Both the position numbers and the translations under genes were made by a program. A DNA stretch of 39,019 nucleotides from Candidatus Krumholzibacteriia bacterium (GTDB taxonomy: Bacteria > Krumholzibacteriota > Krumholzibacteriia > WVZY01): positions 1-39,019 of the forward strand of contig JBHHVD010000023.1 in the NCBI GenBank assembly GCA_046754105.1. The letters run 5' to 3'. Under the pieces are notes generated by a model that had not been told where the DNA came from, searched no databases, and worked only from the letters and a program-made list of their open reading frames with translations. Of this stretch, positions 26,955 through 37,651 are shown one piece after another (position 1 is the first letter of the stretch; each line of letters opens with the position of its first letter).

Positions 26955-27641
26955 ATGGCGACCAAGACGATTCTTGCCGTAGACGATGAAGAGGATATCC
27001 TCGAACTCGTCGAATTCAACCTGGCCCGGGAAGGCTACTCGGTACTGCGGGTGACGACCGGCGAGGAAGCACTGCAAGTCGCCCGCTCCAGGAACCCGGA
27101 CCTCGTTCTCCTCGACCTCATGCTTCCGGGAGTGGACGGTCTCGAAGTGTGCAAGCGTCTCAAACGCGGTGAAGCAACACGGAATATCCCTGTCATCATG
27201 CTGACGGCGAAGGGTGAAGAGGCCGACATCGTGCTGGGTCTCGAACTGGGCGCCGAAGATTACGTCACAAAACCGTTCAGTCCCAAGGTACTGACCGCCC
27301 GCGTGCGGGCCGTATTCAGACGCCGAGAGCAGCCGGAAGCGGATGGCGAATCGCCCTCGAGGATCCACGACCTGGAGATTCATCCGGGACGCCACGAGGT
27401 GTCGTTGGCCGGCAAGCCGGTCACGCTGACCTTGACGGAGTTTCGCATCCTCCAGTTTCTGGCGAAGAGACCGGGGTGGGTCTATACGCGGTACCAGATC
27501 GTCGAAGCGGTTCGGGGGGACGATTACGCCGTTACCGACCGCGCGGTCGACGTGCAGATCGCCGGCCTGCGCAAGAAGCTGGGCAAGCACGGTGATTACA
27601 TCGAAACCGTGCGGGGTGTGGGATACCGCTTCAAGGAGTGA
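26955..27641 (+). CDS. phoB: Phosphate regulon response regulator (OmpR/PhoB family)
   Basis: AVDDE, LLDLMLPG, LTAKGEE, DYVTKPFSP, winged-helix ETVRGVGY. pho/pst gene context. Confidence 0.93.
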   Translation: MATKTILAVDDEEDILELVEFNLAREGYSVLRVTTGEEALQVARSRNPDLVLLDLMLPGVDGLEVCKRLKRGEATRNIPVIMLTAKGEEADIVLGLELGAEDYVTKPFSPKVLTARVRAVFRRREQPEADGESPSRIHDLEIHPGRHEVSLAGKPVTLTLTEFRILQFLAKRPGWVYTRYQIVEAVRGDDYAVTDRAVDVQIAGLRKKLGKHGDYIETVRGVGYRFKE

Positions 27642-27643
27642 CC

Positions 27644-29422
27644 ATGCGGCGAAAGCGGCTCCTGTGGCATCTCTACCCCTCCTACCTGTTGATCACCCTG
27701 GCCGCCCTCTTCGCGGTGGCCTGGTATTCCTCCCGTACCTTACGGCAGTCATACCATGTGCAGGCGGCCAGCGACCTCGAGGCGATGGCGCGCCTGGTCA
27801 GGAGCCGTCTGCTATCGTCGACGTCGCCCGGGGACCGTACCGAAATCGACCGCCTGTGCCACGAGCTAGGCCGGGACTCCGGCTCGCGCGTTACCGTCAT
27901 CCTCCCCACGGGCGAGGTCATCGGCGACTCCCATGAGGATGCGTCACGAATGGAGAACCACGGTGACCGGCCCGAGGTCCTGGAGGCCCTGGCGGGGCGT
28001 GTCGGCAAATCGGACCGATTCAGTACGACGTTGCAAAGAGACATGATGTACGTTGCGTTGCCGGCAAGGGGGGGTGGGAGAAGAATCATCGTCCGCACCG
28101 CCCTTCCCGTCACGGCAGTCGACGCGGCCCTGGCCGGGTTTTATCGGAGGATCGCCGCGGCGGGTCTGGTGGTGGCGCTGCTGGCGGCACTCGTCAGCCT
28201 GCTCGCGGCGCGGCGGATCACTCGGCCGCTGGAAGAGCTGAGACTCGGTGCAGAGCGCTTTGCCGCGGGCGAGCTGCATGTTCGACTGGCCTCACCGGAT
28301 TCCACGGAGCTCGCGTCACTCGCACGCGCGATGAACCACATGGCCGAACAGCTCGACAACCGGATTGCGCGGGAGGCCCGTCAGAGCAACGAACAGGAGG
28401 CCGTCCTCTCGAGCATGGTCGAGAGCGTTCTGGCCGTCGATGAGGGTGAGCGCATGCTTCGCGTCAACAACGCCGCGGCGGGGCTTTTCGGCATAGAGAA
28501 GGAATCTGTCGAGGGGCGGCCGCTCCAGGAAGTCGTCCGCAACCCGGGCCTGCATGAACTGGTCAAGCGCGTACTGGCCAGTGAGGAAACCGTCGAGGGA
28601 GATCTCGTCTTACACGAGCCCGACGAACGCTCGCTGCAAGTGCACGGCAATCCGCTGCGGGACTCCACCGGGCGCAGTATCGGCGCCCTGCTGGTTTTGA
28701 ACGATATCACGCAGCTGCGCAGACTCGAGCGCGTGCGCAGGGATTTCGTGGCCAACGTCTCGCACGAGCTGCGGACTCCGATCACGACGATCAAGGGCTT
28801 TGTGGAGACGCTCGCCGACGGCGCCATCGAACAACGGCAGGACGCAACCCGGTTTCTCGACATCATCGCCGAACACACCGAGCGGCTCAACGCGATCATC
28901 GAAGACTTGCTGGCGCTGTCACGTCTGGAACTGGACGCGGAAGAGGGGGTCGTCCAGCTGGAGCGGCAGAACATCCATGCCGTGGTCGCACGAGCCGTAA
29001 ACATGTGCCGGCCCCAGGCCGGGACGCGCGGTGTCCACGTCAATCTCGCCGGGGACTCCGCGATTCAATGCGCGCTCAGCGCCCCGCTCCTGGAGCGCGC
29101 CGTCGTAAACCTGATCGACAACGCGACAAAGTACAGCGACGAGGGAGGCGAAGTCCGCATAAAAATCGACGAAACGCCGGAGGGCGCGGGCATCCACGTC
29201 ACCGATCGCGGCTGCGGGATCGCAGCCAGGCATCTGCCGAGGATTTTCGAGCGTTTCTACCGAACGGATCCGGCGAGAAGCCGCGGTATGGGGGGGACGG
29301 GTCTCGGACTCGCCATCGTCAAACATATTGCCCTCGTGCACGGCGGGCGCGTGTCCGTCGACAGCACCCCGGGACGGGGCAGCACCTTTTCGATCCTGCT
29401 GCCGGCGCGCCCGCGATCGTGA
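27644..29422 (+). CDS. phoR: Phosphate regulon sensor histidine kinase (TM-HAMP-PAS-HisKA-HATPase)
   Basis: [53 protein letters not shown]. Alternative GTG start at 27638. Confidence 0.93.
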   Translation: MRRKRLLWHLYPSYLLITLAALFAVAWYSSRTLRQSYHVQAASDLEAMARLVRSRLLSSTSPGDRTEIDRLCHELGRDSGSRVTVILPTGEVIGDSHEDASRMENHGDRPEVLEALAGRVGKSDRFSTTLQRDMMYVALPARGGGRRIIVRTALPVTAVDAALAGFYRRIAAAGLVVALLAALVSLLAARRITRPLEELRLGAERFAAGELHVRLASPDSTELASLARAMNHMAEQLDNRIAREARQSNEQEAVLSSMVESVLAVDEGERMLRVNNAAAGLFGIEKESVEGRPLQEVVRNPGLHELVKRVLASEETVEGDLVLHEPDERSLQVHGNPLRDSTGRSIGALLVLNDITQLRRLERVRRDFVANVSHELRTPITTIKGFVETLADGAIEQRQDATRFLDIIAEHTERLNAIIEDLLALSRLELDAEEGVVQLERQNIHAVVARAVNMCRPQAGTRGVHVNLAGDSAIQCALSAPLLERAVVNLIDNATKYSDEGGEVRIKIDETPEGAGIHVTDRGCGIAARHLPRIFERFYRTDPARSRGMGGTGLGLAIVKHIALVHGGRVSVDSTPGRGSTFSILLPARPRS

Positions 29423-29439
29423 GATGGTTTGCCCGTTTT

Positions 29440-29478
29440 TTAACGAGAATCTAACCCGACCCTCAACCGGAACAAACA
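29440..29478 (+). promoter_or_regulatory. Pho box-like direct repeats upstream of the porin
   Basis: TTAACG (29440), CTAACC (29451), TCAACC (29463) and CAAACA (29473), with ~11-bp period. Confidence 0.55.
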
Positions 29479-29554
29479 CGCCGCGGCGATACTCCATCGT
29501 GACGCGTCCACGGGGCGCCAAACGTCGATTCTTTGGCAGAAAAGGAGGAATCCG

Positions 29555-30751
29555 TTGAAGCAGGTACTTCTCTATACGCTCTTCGCGTTCGCACTTGGGT
29601 CGCACGCCGGCCCCGCCGGCGCGAAAACGGGGCTCGAAACGTCCTGGGACAAAGGGCTGCGTTTCCGGTCCGAGGACGGCAGCTTTTCCTTGAAAGTAGG
29701 CGGCCGCATTATGAACGACTGGGCGTGGTTCGACCAGGGGGACACCCACGAGGCCGCGTTCGGCAACTGGCAGGATGGAACCGAATTCCGGCGCACCCGT
29801 CTTTATGTCTCCGGGACCGTGTATGACAACGTGACCTTCAAGGCCCAGTACGACTGGACGGGCGGTAAGACGGCGTTGAAGGACATGTACGTCGGCGTCG
29901 AGAAGGTCCCGGGGGTCGGCAGGATCGTCGTGGGGCGGCAGTACGAGCCGTTCGGCCTCGAAACCCTGACCAGCAGCAAGTACATCACCTTCATGGAGCG
30001 ATCCATCACCGGGGCATTCGTTCCCGAGCGGCAGAGCGGCATCCTGGCCCGGCGCACGTTCGCCGGCAAGCGGGCCACGGCCGCGGCGGGGCTGTTCCGG
30101 GAAACGGACGGCGGTGGCGCCGGCGCCGGCGACGGCAGCTACGCAGGAACGGCCCGCGTGACGGTGCTTCCATGGTATGACGGCGAGCAGCGGCTCGCCC
30201 ACATCGGCGTGGCGTATTCGCGCCGCAACCCCTCCGACGCCGTCGAGTACGACTCGGACCCCGAGTCCCATCTCGGCGGCACCTCGGTGGAGATATCCCC
30301 CATTTCGGCGGATGCCGTTTCCCTCTTCGGGATCGAGACGGCGATGGTCACGGGTCCCTTTTCTTTGCAGGGTGAGGCCATGCTTTCGGCGCTGGACGAC
30401 GACGCGACGGGCGACCCGGAGTTCTTCGCCTACTATGCGTACGGTTCCTTCTTCGTCACGGGCGAGAGCCGGAACTACAAGACCTCGGCCGCTGTATTCG
30501 ACCGCGTGCAGCCGAACAGGAATTTCCGTGGAGACGGCAGCGGGCACGGCGCCGTGGAGCTCGCCGTGCGGGTTGCGTTTCTCGATCTCAACTCGGCACC
30601 CGTTCTGGGCGGCGAAATGACCGACGTAACGGTCGGCGTGAACTGGTATCTCAACCCCAACACCCGCGTCATGATGAACTACGTCCGTTCGGACGTGGAC
30701 AACGTGGGAACGGCGAACATCGTTCAAACCCGCTTTCAAATCGATTTTTAG
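29555..30751 (+). CDS. Phosphate-selective porin (OprO/OprP family)
   Basis: TTG start after AAAGGAGG. Signal peptide, EFRRTRL, EPFGLETLTSSKYITFMERS, GESRNYK, GVNWYLNPNTR, C-terminal FQIDF. Confidence 0.92.
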   Translation: MKQVLLYTLFAFALGSHAGPAGAKTGLETSWDKGLRFRSEDGSFSLKVGGRIMNDWAWFDQGDTHEAAFGNWQDGTEFRRTRLYVSGTVYDNVTFKAQYDWTGGKTALKDMYVGVEKVPGVGRIVVGRQYEPFGLETLTSSKYITFMERSITGAFVPERQSGILARRTFAGKRATAAAGLFRETDGGGAGAGDGSYAGTARVTVLPWYDGEQRLAHIGVAYSRRNPSDAVEYDSDPESHLGGTSVEISPISADAVSLFGIETAMVTGPFSLQGEAMLSALDDDATGDPEFFAYYAYGSFFVTGESRNYKTSAAVFDRVQPNRNFRGDGSGHGAVELAVRVAFLDLNSAPVLGGEMTDVTVGVNWYLNPNTRVMMNYVRSDVDNVGTANIVQTRFQIDF

Positions 30752-30764
30752 CTCGCATGTGAAT

Positions 30765-30803
30765 TTCACATCCATCTAACCGCGGACTAATACAATCCTA
30801 ACG
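30765..30803 (+). promoter_or_regulatory. Four-unit Pho box upstream of pstS
   Basis: TTCACA (30765), CTAACC (30776), CTAATA (30787) and CTAACG (30798), spaced exactly 11 bp apart. Confidence 0.7.
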
Positions 30804-30856
30804 TGGGTTCTCTAGATTCCATCAGGAGAATCCACCTTTACAACAGGAGACGAGCG

Positions 30857-31900
30857 ATGATGAAAAAGCTGTTGGTCGGACTGTCATTACTGGCCCTGCC
30901 CGCCGGCGCCGCCGCTACCAAAATTAACGGTGCGGGTGCTACTTTTCCCTATCCCGTCTATTCACAGTGGGCGTACCGCTACAAAAACCTGACCGGAGAC
31001 CAGATCAACTACCAGTCGATTGGGTCGGGCGGCGGCATTGCGCAGATCACGGCGAAAACGGTTCATTTCGGGGCCTCCGACGCGCCGCTTGCCCCTGAGA
31101 AGCTGGAGGAGAACGGCCTGATCCAGTTTCCGATGGTGATGGGAGGGGTGGTTCCGGTGGTCAACGTGCCGGGAGTCGCCGCCGGCGACTTGCGGCTGAC
31201 ACCCGGTGTCCTCGCCGGTATTTATCTGGGCAATATCACCAAGTGGAACGACGAGGCAATCCGCAGTATCAATCCACGGGTTGGATTACCGGACAAGTCC
31301 ATCACTGTAGTGCATCGCGCCGATGGCTCCGGCACGACGTGGATATTCACCAATTACCTGAAGAAAGTGTCCAGGGAGTGGAATGACCAGGTGGGCTTTG
31401 GCAAGGCCGTCGACTGGCCGGCCGGTATCGGCGGCAAGGGCAACGAGGGCGTGGCCGCCTACGTCCAGCGTGTCAAGGGGTCGATTGGATACGTCGAATT
31501 CGCGTACGCACTCCAGAACAAGATGACGCACACGTTACTCCAAAACGGCACCGGCGCGTTCGTCTCACCGACCATCGAGACCTTTCAGGCCGCCGCCGCC
31601 AATGCAGAGTGGCAGGATGCAAAGGGCTTTTACCTGGTCCTGACCGACCAGCCCGGCGAGCACAGCTGGCCGATTACCGGGGCTACGTTCATCCTCATCC
31701 ACAAGGAGCAGGCGGACGCCGGTCTGGCGAAGGCGATGCTCGAGTATTTTGACTGGTGCTACCGGCACGGCGGTGACGTCGCCAGGGACTTGCACTACGT
31801 TCCGATGCCCGGTGAAGTCGTGGAAATGGTCCAGGCCACCTGGCGAAGCCAAATCAAGTCCGGGGGCGCACCGGTGTGGTCCGTCGCCACAAGAAGGTAG
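30857..31900 (+). CDS. pstS: Phosphate ABC transporter substrate-binding protein
   Basis: INGAGATFPYP, NYQSIGSGGG, FGASDAPL, HRADGSGTT, GKGNEGV. SD AGGAG. Confidence 0.97.
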   Translation: MMKKLLVGLSLLALPAGAAATKINGAGATFPYPVYSQWAYRYKNLTGDQINYQSIGSGGGIAQITAKTVHFGASDAPLAPEKLEENGLIQFPMVMGGVVPVVNVPGVAAGDLRLTPGVLAGIYLGNITKWNDEAIRSINPRVGLPDKSITVVHRADGSGTTWIFTNYLKKVSREWNDQVGFGKAVDWPAGIGGKGNEGVAAYVQRVKGSIGYVEFAYALQNKMTHTLLQNGTGAFVSPTIETFQAAAANAEWQDAKGFYLVLTDQPGEHSWPITGATFILIHKEQADAGLAKAMLEYFDWCYRHGGDVARDLHYVPMPGEVVEMVQATWRSQIKSGGAPVWSVATRR

Positions 31901-31922
31901 ACAACGTGTCGCGGGACCTCCC

Positions 31923-32882
31923 ATGACGAACGCATCCATCGCCGGGGTGCGGGCAAGGCCCGCAGCCCGGCACGCCATTTCCGACGGGCTTTTCAGGGCG
32001 TTTGTCAAAGCCTGCGCGGTGCTGCTCCTGGTTGCGGCCCTGGGAATCCTGGTCGAGCTGGTCCGTCATTCCGGTCTCTCGATCGACCAGTTCGGCTGGA
32101 AATTCATCGTATCCAGGGCCTGGAATCCCGTGACCCAGGAGTTCGGGGCGCTGAGCAGTATCTTTGGCACGGTGCTGTCGACTGCGATTGCCATGCTCGT
32201 CGCCGTACCGTTGAGCCTGATGCTCGCGCTCTTTCTCGTGGAACTCACCCACCCCGTGGTGAGCCGCCTCGTGGGTGGCGCCGTCGAGCTGCTCGCTGCG
32301 ATCCCGAGCATTATCTATGGAATGTGGGGACTGTTCGTCTTCGCGCCCTTCATGGCCGACCACGTCCAGCCCGCCGTGCAGAAGGTTGCCGGACCGCTGC
32401 CGCTTTTTCAGGGACCGCCCATGGGCATCGGCATCCTGACCGCGGGTATCATCCTCGCCCTGATGGTGCTGCCGTTCATCACGGCCGTGATGCGGGATGT
32501 TTTTTCCATGGTGCCCGCCGTCATCAAGGAGTCCGCCTACGGCATGGGAGCGACAACGGTCGAGGTGACGCGGAAGGTATCCGTACCTTACGGAGTCCAG
32601 GGCTTGATCGGCGCGTGCTTCCTCGGGCTGGGCCGGGCGATCGGCGAGACGATGGCCGTCACGTTCGTGATCGGAAACAACCACTCGATATCCGCTTCGC
32701 TTTTTGACGCGGGCAACAGCATCGCGTCGACGCTCGCGAACGAGTTCTCCGAAGCGGCGGAACCTGTGTACCTGAGCGCGCTGATGGAGCTCGGCTTGAT
32801 CCTGTTCGCATTGACGTTCCTGATCCAGATGATCGCGCAACTGTGGCTGGGGCGCATGCGCCTGAAGACGGGGAGAACCTGA
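31923..32882 (+). CDS. pstC: Phosphate ABC transporter permease
   Basis: WNPV..FG, ELLAAIPSIIYGMWG, ESAYGMGAT, GRAIGETMAV, IASTLANEF. Confidence 0.96.
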   Translation: MTNASIAGVRARPAARHAISDGLFRAFVKACAVLLLVAALGILVELVRHSGLSIDQFGWKFIVSRAWNPVTQEFGALSSIFGTVLSTAIAMLVAVPLSLMLALFLVELTHPVVSRLVGGAVELLAAIPSIIYGMWGLFVFAPFMADHVQPAVQKVAGPLPLFQGPPMGIGILTAGIILALMVLPFITAVMRDVFSMVPAVIKESAYGMGATTVEVTRKVSVPYGVQGLIGACFLGLGRAIGETMAVTFVIGNNHSISASLFDAGNSIASTLANEFSEAAEPVYLSALMELGLILFALTFLIQMIAQLWLGRMRLKTGRT

Positions 32883-33733
32883 TGCGTATCCGGTCACTGC
32901 AGGGGCGCCGTTTCTACGACCGCTGCGTCAAGTCGGTGTCCGTTCTGTCCGCGCTGGTGGCGATCACGTTCCTGGCGTGGATACTCTTCGTCATCTTGCA
33001 AAGGGGTTTTGGAGCGTTCAACGCCGCCTTCTTCACCGAGTTGCCCACGCCTCCAGGAGTCGGCGGTGGTGGTGTGGCCAATGCGATTGCCGGCACGCTG
33101 CTCATGACCGCTCTGGCGACGGCCGCGGGTGTGCCGCTCGGCGCGGCATCGGGTATCTTTCTCGCGGAATTCGGGAAGGGTTCGCGGCTCGCCGCTGCGG
33201 CTCGCTTTGCCGCCAACGTCTTGATGGGGACACCGTCCATAATAATCGGTGTGTTTGTCTATACGATCACCGTTCTCCGTGCAGGTCATTTCTCGGGGTA
33301 CGCCGGCGCCATCGCCCTGGCCGCAATCATGTTGCCGATCGTCGCGCGGACCACGGAGGATATGCTGCATCTTGTGCCTGACACCCTTCGTGAATCCGCG
33401 CTGGCGCTCGGCGCGCCTTACTGGAAGATGATCTTACACGTCGTATTCCGTGCGGCACGTGCGGGCCTCCTGACCGGTGTCATCCTGGCGGTCGCTCGGG
33501 TCAGTGGCGAGACGGCGCCACTCCTCTTTACCGCCCTCAACAATCCCAACTGGGGATCGCTGAACGAACCGATGGGCAACCTGACGGTAACGATTTTCAA
33601 CTTCGCCATGTCACCTTATGACAACTGGCAGACGATGGCATGGGGAGCATCGCTTCTGATCACCGCCGGCGTGCTGCTTACGACCGTAACGGCCCGGCTG
33701 CTGGTCCGGGGGCAACGCGGGAGGGCACGATGA
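32882..33733 (+). CDS. pstA: Phosphate ABC transporter permease
   Basis: [44 protein letters not shown]. Confidence 0.96.
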   Translation: MRIRSLQGRRFYDRCVKSVSVLSALVAITFLAWILFVILQRGFGAFNAAFFTELPTPPGVGGGGVANAIAGTLLMTALATAAGVPLGAASGIFLAEFGKGSRLAAAARFAANVLMGTPSIIIGVFVYTITVLRAGHFSGYAGAIALAAIMLPIVARTTEDMLHLVPDTLRESALALGAPYWKMILHVVFRAARAGLLTGVILAVARVSGETAPLLFTALNNPNWGSLNEPMGNLTVTIFNFAMSPYDNWQTMAWGASLLITAGVLLTTVTARLLVRGQRGRAR

Positions 33734-34551
33734 GCCGATTCAAAACCGATATCCTTGGAGGTCCCGCCGAGCATGCACGTGACCGGGAGCCTGCGCAACC
33801 GGCGAAGATCTCGACCCGCAACCTTTGTTTCTACTACGGCGCGACGCAGGTGCTTTTTGACAACAACCTCGACATCGCGGCCAACCAAGTGACGGCGATT
33901 ATCGGGCCCTCCGGGTGCGGCAAGTCGACCCACCTTCGAACGTACAACCGTATCTACGAGCTGTACCGCGACCAGCGTGCAACCGGGGAAGTCCGACTGG
34001 ACGGCGAGAATGTGCTCGCCGCGGCCATCGACGTGCTTGAGCTACGAAAACAAATCGGCATGATCTTCCAGAAGCCCAGCCCCTTTCCGATGAGCGTTTT
34101 CGACAACGTCGCCTACGGGCTGCGGCTGCACTTCCGGCCGGCGAAGAGCGAACTGCACGACCGGGTCGAAGACGCCCTCCGGCGCGCCGCGCTGTGGGAC
34201 GAGGTGGGGGACAAGCTGCGAAACCCCGGCACGGCGCTTTCCGGAGGCCAGCAGCAGAGGCTGTGTATCGCGCGCGCCATCGCCGTAGAGCCGCAGGTCC
34301 TGCTGATGGACGAGCCGTGTTCGGCCATCGATCCCGTGGCGACCGCGAAGATCGAAGAGTTGATCGAAACACTCAAGGAGCGATTTACGATCGTACTGGT
34401 GACCCACAATATGCAGCAGGCTGCGCGCGTATCCGATTTCGCGGCGTTTTTTTACGAGGGGCACATTGTCGAGTTCGGTCGCACGAAGAGGCTTTTCACG
34501 AATCCATCCAGAAAGCAGACGGAGGATTATATCACTGGGCGGTTCGGATAG
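33730..34551 (+). CDS. pstB: Phosphate ABC transporter ATPase
   Basis: [56 protein letters not shown]. Confidence 0.97.
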   Translation: MSRFKTDILGGPAEHARDREPAQPAKISTRNLCFYYGATQVLFDNNLDIAANQVTAIIGPSGCGKSTHLRTYNRIYELYRDQRATGEVRLDGENVLAAAIDVLELRKQIGMIFQKPSPFPMSVFDNVAYGLRLHFRPAKSELHDRVEDALRRAALWDEVGDKLRNPGTALSGGQQQRLCIARAIAVEPQVLLMDEPCSAIDPVATAKIEELIETLKERFTIVLVTHNMQQAARVSDFAAFFYEGHIVEFGRTKRLFTNPSRKQTEDYITGRFG

Positions 34552-34580
34552 AACCGCCGCAACCTGTCCTGGGAGTTCAC

Positions 34581-35234
34581 ATGCGGTTAACAAAAGAAGT
34601 CGATCGATTGAAAAAGCAACTCCTCTCGTTGAGTGCCGTCGTCGAGGAGAGCGTCCACAAGGCGGTAACCTCGACCAGCGAGAGGAATCCCGCGCTGGCG
34701 CGCGAGGTGATCGAAGAGGACGCACGCATAGACGAAACGGAAGTTGAGATCGAGGAGGATTGCCTCAAGATACTGGCGCTTCACCAGCCGGTTGCGATAG
34801 ACCTGCGCTACATCGTCGTCGTACTCAAGATCAACAACGATCTCGAACGCATCGGCGACCTTGCCGTCAATATCGCCGAGCGGGCCTCACATCTCGGCCA
34901 GCACCCGGACGTCGAATGGACGCCGCAGTTGGAGACCATGGGAGATAAGACCCGGCTCATGCTGCGCCGGAGCCTCGACGCCCTGGTCGACGCGGACGCC
35001 GATCTCGCCCGGAACGTGCTGGCGCTGGACGACGACGTCGACGGGATACACCGCGAGATGTTCACAACGGTCGCGGAGCAGGTGCAGGCACGGCCCGGTC
35101 GCTTTCTTGGATACGTTCAACTCCTCAGCGTCTCACGCAACCTCGAACGCATCGCCGACCTGGCGACCAACATCGCCGAAGACGTCATTTACCTCCTCGA
35201 GGGCGTCATCGTCCGGCACCGTCACCACAAGTAA
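34581..35234 (+). CDS. phoU: Phosphate signalling protein PhoU
   Basis: HQPVAIDLR, DLERIGDLAVNIA, LERIADLATNIAEDVIY. Confidence 0.96.
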   Translation: MRLTKEVDRLKKQLLSLSAVVEESVHKAVTSTSERNPALAREVIEEDARIDETEVEIEEDCLKILALHQPVAIDLRYIVVVLKINNDLERIGDLAVNIAERASHLGQHPDVEWTPQLETMGDKTRLMLRRSLDALVDADADLARNVLALDDDVDGIHREMFTTVAEQVQARPGRFLGYVQLLSVSRNLERIADLATNIAEDVIYLLEGVIVRHRHHK

Positions 35235-35267
35235 TCTGCGCCCCTGTCCGGGGTGAGAAAGCTCGTC

Positions 35268-35296
35268 TTTACCGGGGCGCAAGGCCGTGCTACACT
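35268..35296 (+). promoter_or_regulatory. Sigma70-type promoter for purF
   Basis: TTTACC - 17 bp - TACACT with extended -10 TG. Confidence 0.45.
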
Positions 35297-35351
35297 GGGC
35301 GCCCGCCCCTGTGAAGGCGGCAACTTGACCATCAACAAATCGAAACCTGGA

Positions 35352-36779
35352 ATGTGTGGGATACTCGGATACTGCGCTCCACAATGGGACCCGAGCCTGG
35401 TCAAGTTTTTCGGCCTGCAGGGTTTCAACCTCCAGCACCGCGGCCAGGAGAACTTCGGCTGCACCTATACGAACGGCAAGAAGTTCAACCACTTCAAGGA
35501 CAAGGGACTGGTGTCCCAGGTATTCACCAAAGAGCGCCGGGACGAATTCAAAGCGGCCGCTCCGCGGATCGCCATCGCACAGACACGCTACGCGACGGCG
35601 GGCGGCACCGACGCCATTTCCGCACAACCGCACTGGATGACGCTCCTCGACGGGTTCTATTCGAATGCTACCAACGGCGATCTGCCCCTTCTCCAGAAGG
35701 AGATCGACAGCCTGCAAGCGTCGGGCACGGTGCTGCTCAGCGGCAACGACGGCGAGATCATCCTCAAGAAGATCCTCCAGGCCGCCTACGAGAGGCACAA
35801 CGGCGATCTCGTGGCGGGCATCAAGCATCTCATGGAGACGACGCCGGGGGCCTACTCCGGTTGCCTGATGACGCTCGAGAAGTTATATCTCTACCGCGAT
35901 CCACACGGGTTCCGCCCCTTGTACTTCGGCCGCTGGCGAGACGCCTTTGTCTTCGCCTCCGAGAGCTGTGCTTTCAACGAGCGCGAAGCCCAGATCGAGC
36001 GTGAGGTTCGCCCCGGAGAAGTCATTGCGTTCGATCTTCGCGGTGGGAAGAAAAATCACCAGGTGGTCGAACCCCGGGAGAACCGCCAGAAATGCATCTT
36101 CGAGCCGATCTATTTTGCCCGTCCGGACAGTATGGTTTTTGAAAAAAACAAGGACGTTGGCAGTTTTCGCTACGAGCTGGGCAAACGCCTCGCCGAGGAA
36201 GAACCGGTGCCCGGCGCCGTGGTGGTGCCGGTCCCCGACTCGGGCAGGTTCGCCGCCGTAGGCTACGCCGCCCGCTCGGGGCTGCCGCTGCGCGAGCTGT
36301 TCGTACGCAATCCGTACATACCGCGCACGTTCCAGATCGCCGGCCAGGCGAACCGCGAAGACCTCGTGCGTCTGAAGTTCACCGTCATGCTCTCGCTCCT
36401 CGAACAGTACCGCCGGTTCGTTATCGTCGACGACTCGCTCGTTCGATCGACCACGATGCGGATTCTTATCACGATGATCCGCGAAGCGGCGGAAAAAGCG
36501 GGCGTCGATCCGGGCGAGGTCGAGGTCCATATCCGGCTGGCGTCGCCGCCGATCAGGGGATGTTGTTACTACGGTATCGATACGCCGGTCATGGCCGAAC
36601 TGGCCGCGGCGAGCCATTCCATCGAGAAGATCGCCGAAATGGTCGGCGCGGCGAGCCTCGCCTACCTCTCGCTGCAGGGGCTGGACTTGGTGGCGGGTGA
36701 GTTCGATCGCCCGGCGAATTTCTGCCACGCGTGCTTTACGGGCAAGTACCCGACGGACTATCAGGAGCGGAAGAGATAA
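35352..36779 (+). CDS. purF: Amidophosphoribosyltransferase (Fe-S type, divergent)
   Basis: N-terminal MCG nucleophile, QHRGQE, RDPHGFRPL, ASES, CIFEPIYFARPDS, VPDSG, VDDSLVRSTT, CYYGIDT, CHACFTGKYP. Confidence 0.9.
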   Translation: MCGILGYCAPQWDPSLVKFFGLQGFNLQHRGQENFGCTYTNGKKFNHFKDKGLVSQVFTKERRDEFKAAAPRIAIAQTRYATAGGTDAISAQPHWMTLLDGFYSNATNGDLPLLQKEIDSLQASGTVLLSGNDGEIILKKILQAAYERHNGDLVAGIKHLMETTPGAYSGCLMTLEKLYLYRDPHGFRPLYFGRWRDAFVFASESCAFNEREAQIEREVRPGEVIAFDLRGGKKNHQVVEPRENRQKCIFEPIYFARPDSMVFEKNKDVGSFRYELGKRLAEEEPVPGAVVVPVPDSGRFAAVGYAARSGLPLRELFVRNPYIPRTFQIAGQANREDLVRLKFTVMLSLLEQYRRFVIVDDSLVRSTTMRILITMIREAAEKAGVDPGEVEVHIRLASPPIRGCCYYGIDTPVMAELAAASHSIEKIAEMVGAASLAYLSLQGLDLVAGEFDRPANFCHACFTGKYPTDYQERKR

Positions 36780-36829
36780 CAGGAGGGACGCGAGCCGCGC
36801 GGCACGCGCGATCGCCCATCCGGGACGAC

Positions 36830-36859
36830 GAAGGCCCGCTCCCCGGGGAGCGGGCCTTC
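36830..36859. terminator. Perfect 30-bp palindrome between convergent genes, likely terminator hairpin
   Basis: GAAGGCCCGCTCCCC/GGGGAGCGGGCCTTC. No long U-tract. Confidence 0.65.
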
Positions 36860-36890
36860 TCCTGCGGAAGCAATTGCTTGTCCTGTCGAT

Positions 36891-37607
36891 TTACTCGTAT
36901 AGCGACTTTATCGCGCCCCAGGTGGATTCCTCCACCGGCACCGCACAGCCGGAGATGGTCAGCGTAAGAGCGCTCACCGTCCACCAGCTGCCCATCACCG
37001 CCGTCGGCGTGCACGTATCCTTCTGCAGGAACGGCGGAAATCCCGGCGGTTTCGCCATGATGCCGGTATCGCTCATCCACGCGCCGTTGCCCACGGCGAA
37101 ACTCACGCACGAGCCGGGGAACCCGTTGAAATGCCCCGTGGCCTGCACGTTTGACACGGCCCCGACGCGGTTGAAGCTCGAGAAGATGATGGTCTCGAAC
37201 TCCACGTACGTATCGACGACACCCGTGTACTCAGGCTCAGCGTTCGCCCACGGGCCCGTGCCCGAGAGCCAGAACGTACCACCGGTGTACGTTTTCATCC
37301 ACGTCTGGTTGCCGTTGCCCGTGACCGGGTTAACCGTATCCACGATCAGCATGGGTGCGAACGCGATCGAAGGGCACTCGTAACGCCACACGGTGCCCAG
37401 CACGCCGTTGTAAGACTCGGCCTTGACCGTGTTGCCGGTCATCAGGTAGCCGTTCGGCATCGTCCACGACTCGGTGTACCGTCCCACCGGTATCGTTCCG
37501 CCGAGGTCGGTGGAATTATACACGCCGTCGAGCGGCGCGGCCGCGTAGGCCGGTACGGCGAGCCCTACCGAAGCGATCAAGCAGCTTGCCAATATCAGGT
37601 TTTTCAT
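36891..37607 (-). CDS. Secreted Gly/Thr-rich beta protein with C-terminal TWGxIK motif (paralog 1)
   Basis: ATG 37607 after TAAGGAGG. Signal MKNLILASCLIASVGLAVPAYA. Ends CAVPVEESTWGAIKSLYE. Confidence 0.88.
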   Translation of the reverse strand: MKNLILASCLIASVGLAVPAYAAAPLDGVYNSTDLGGTIPVGRYTESWTMPNGYLMTGNTVKAESYNGVLGTVWRYECPSIAFAPMLIVDTVNPVTGNGNQTWMKTYTGGTFWLSGTGPWANAEPEYTGVVDTYVEFETIIFSSFNRVGAVSNVQATGHFNGFPGSCVSFAVGNGAWMSDTGIMAKPPGFPPFLQKDTCTPTAVMGSWWTVSALTLTISGCAVPVEESTWGAIKSLYE

Positions 37608-37651
37608 ATGCCCCTCCTTAGTGGAGCAACGATGCCTTCGAGGTAGAGGGC

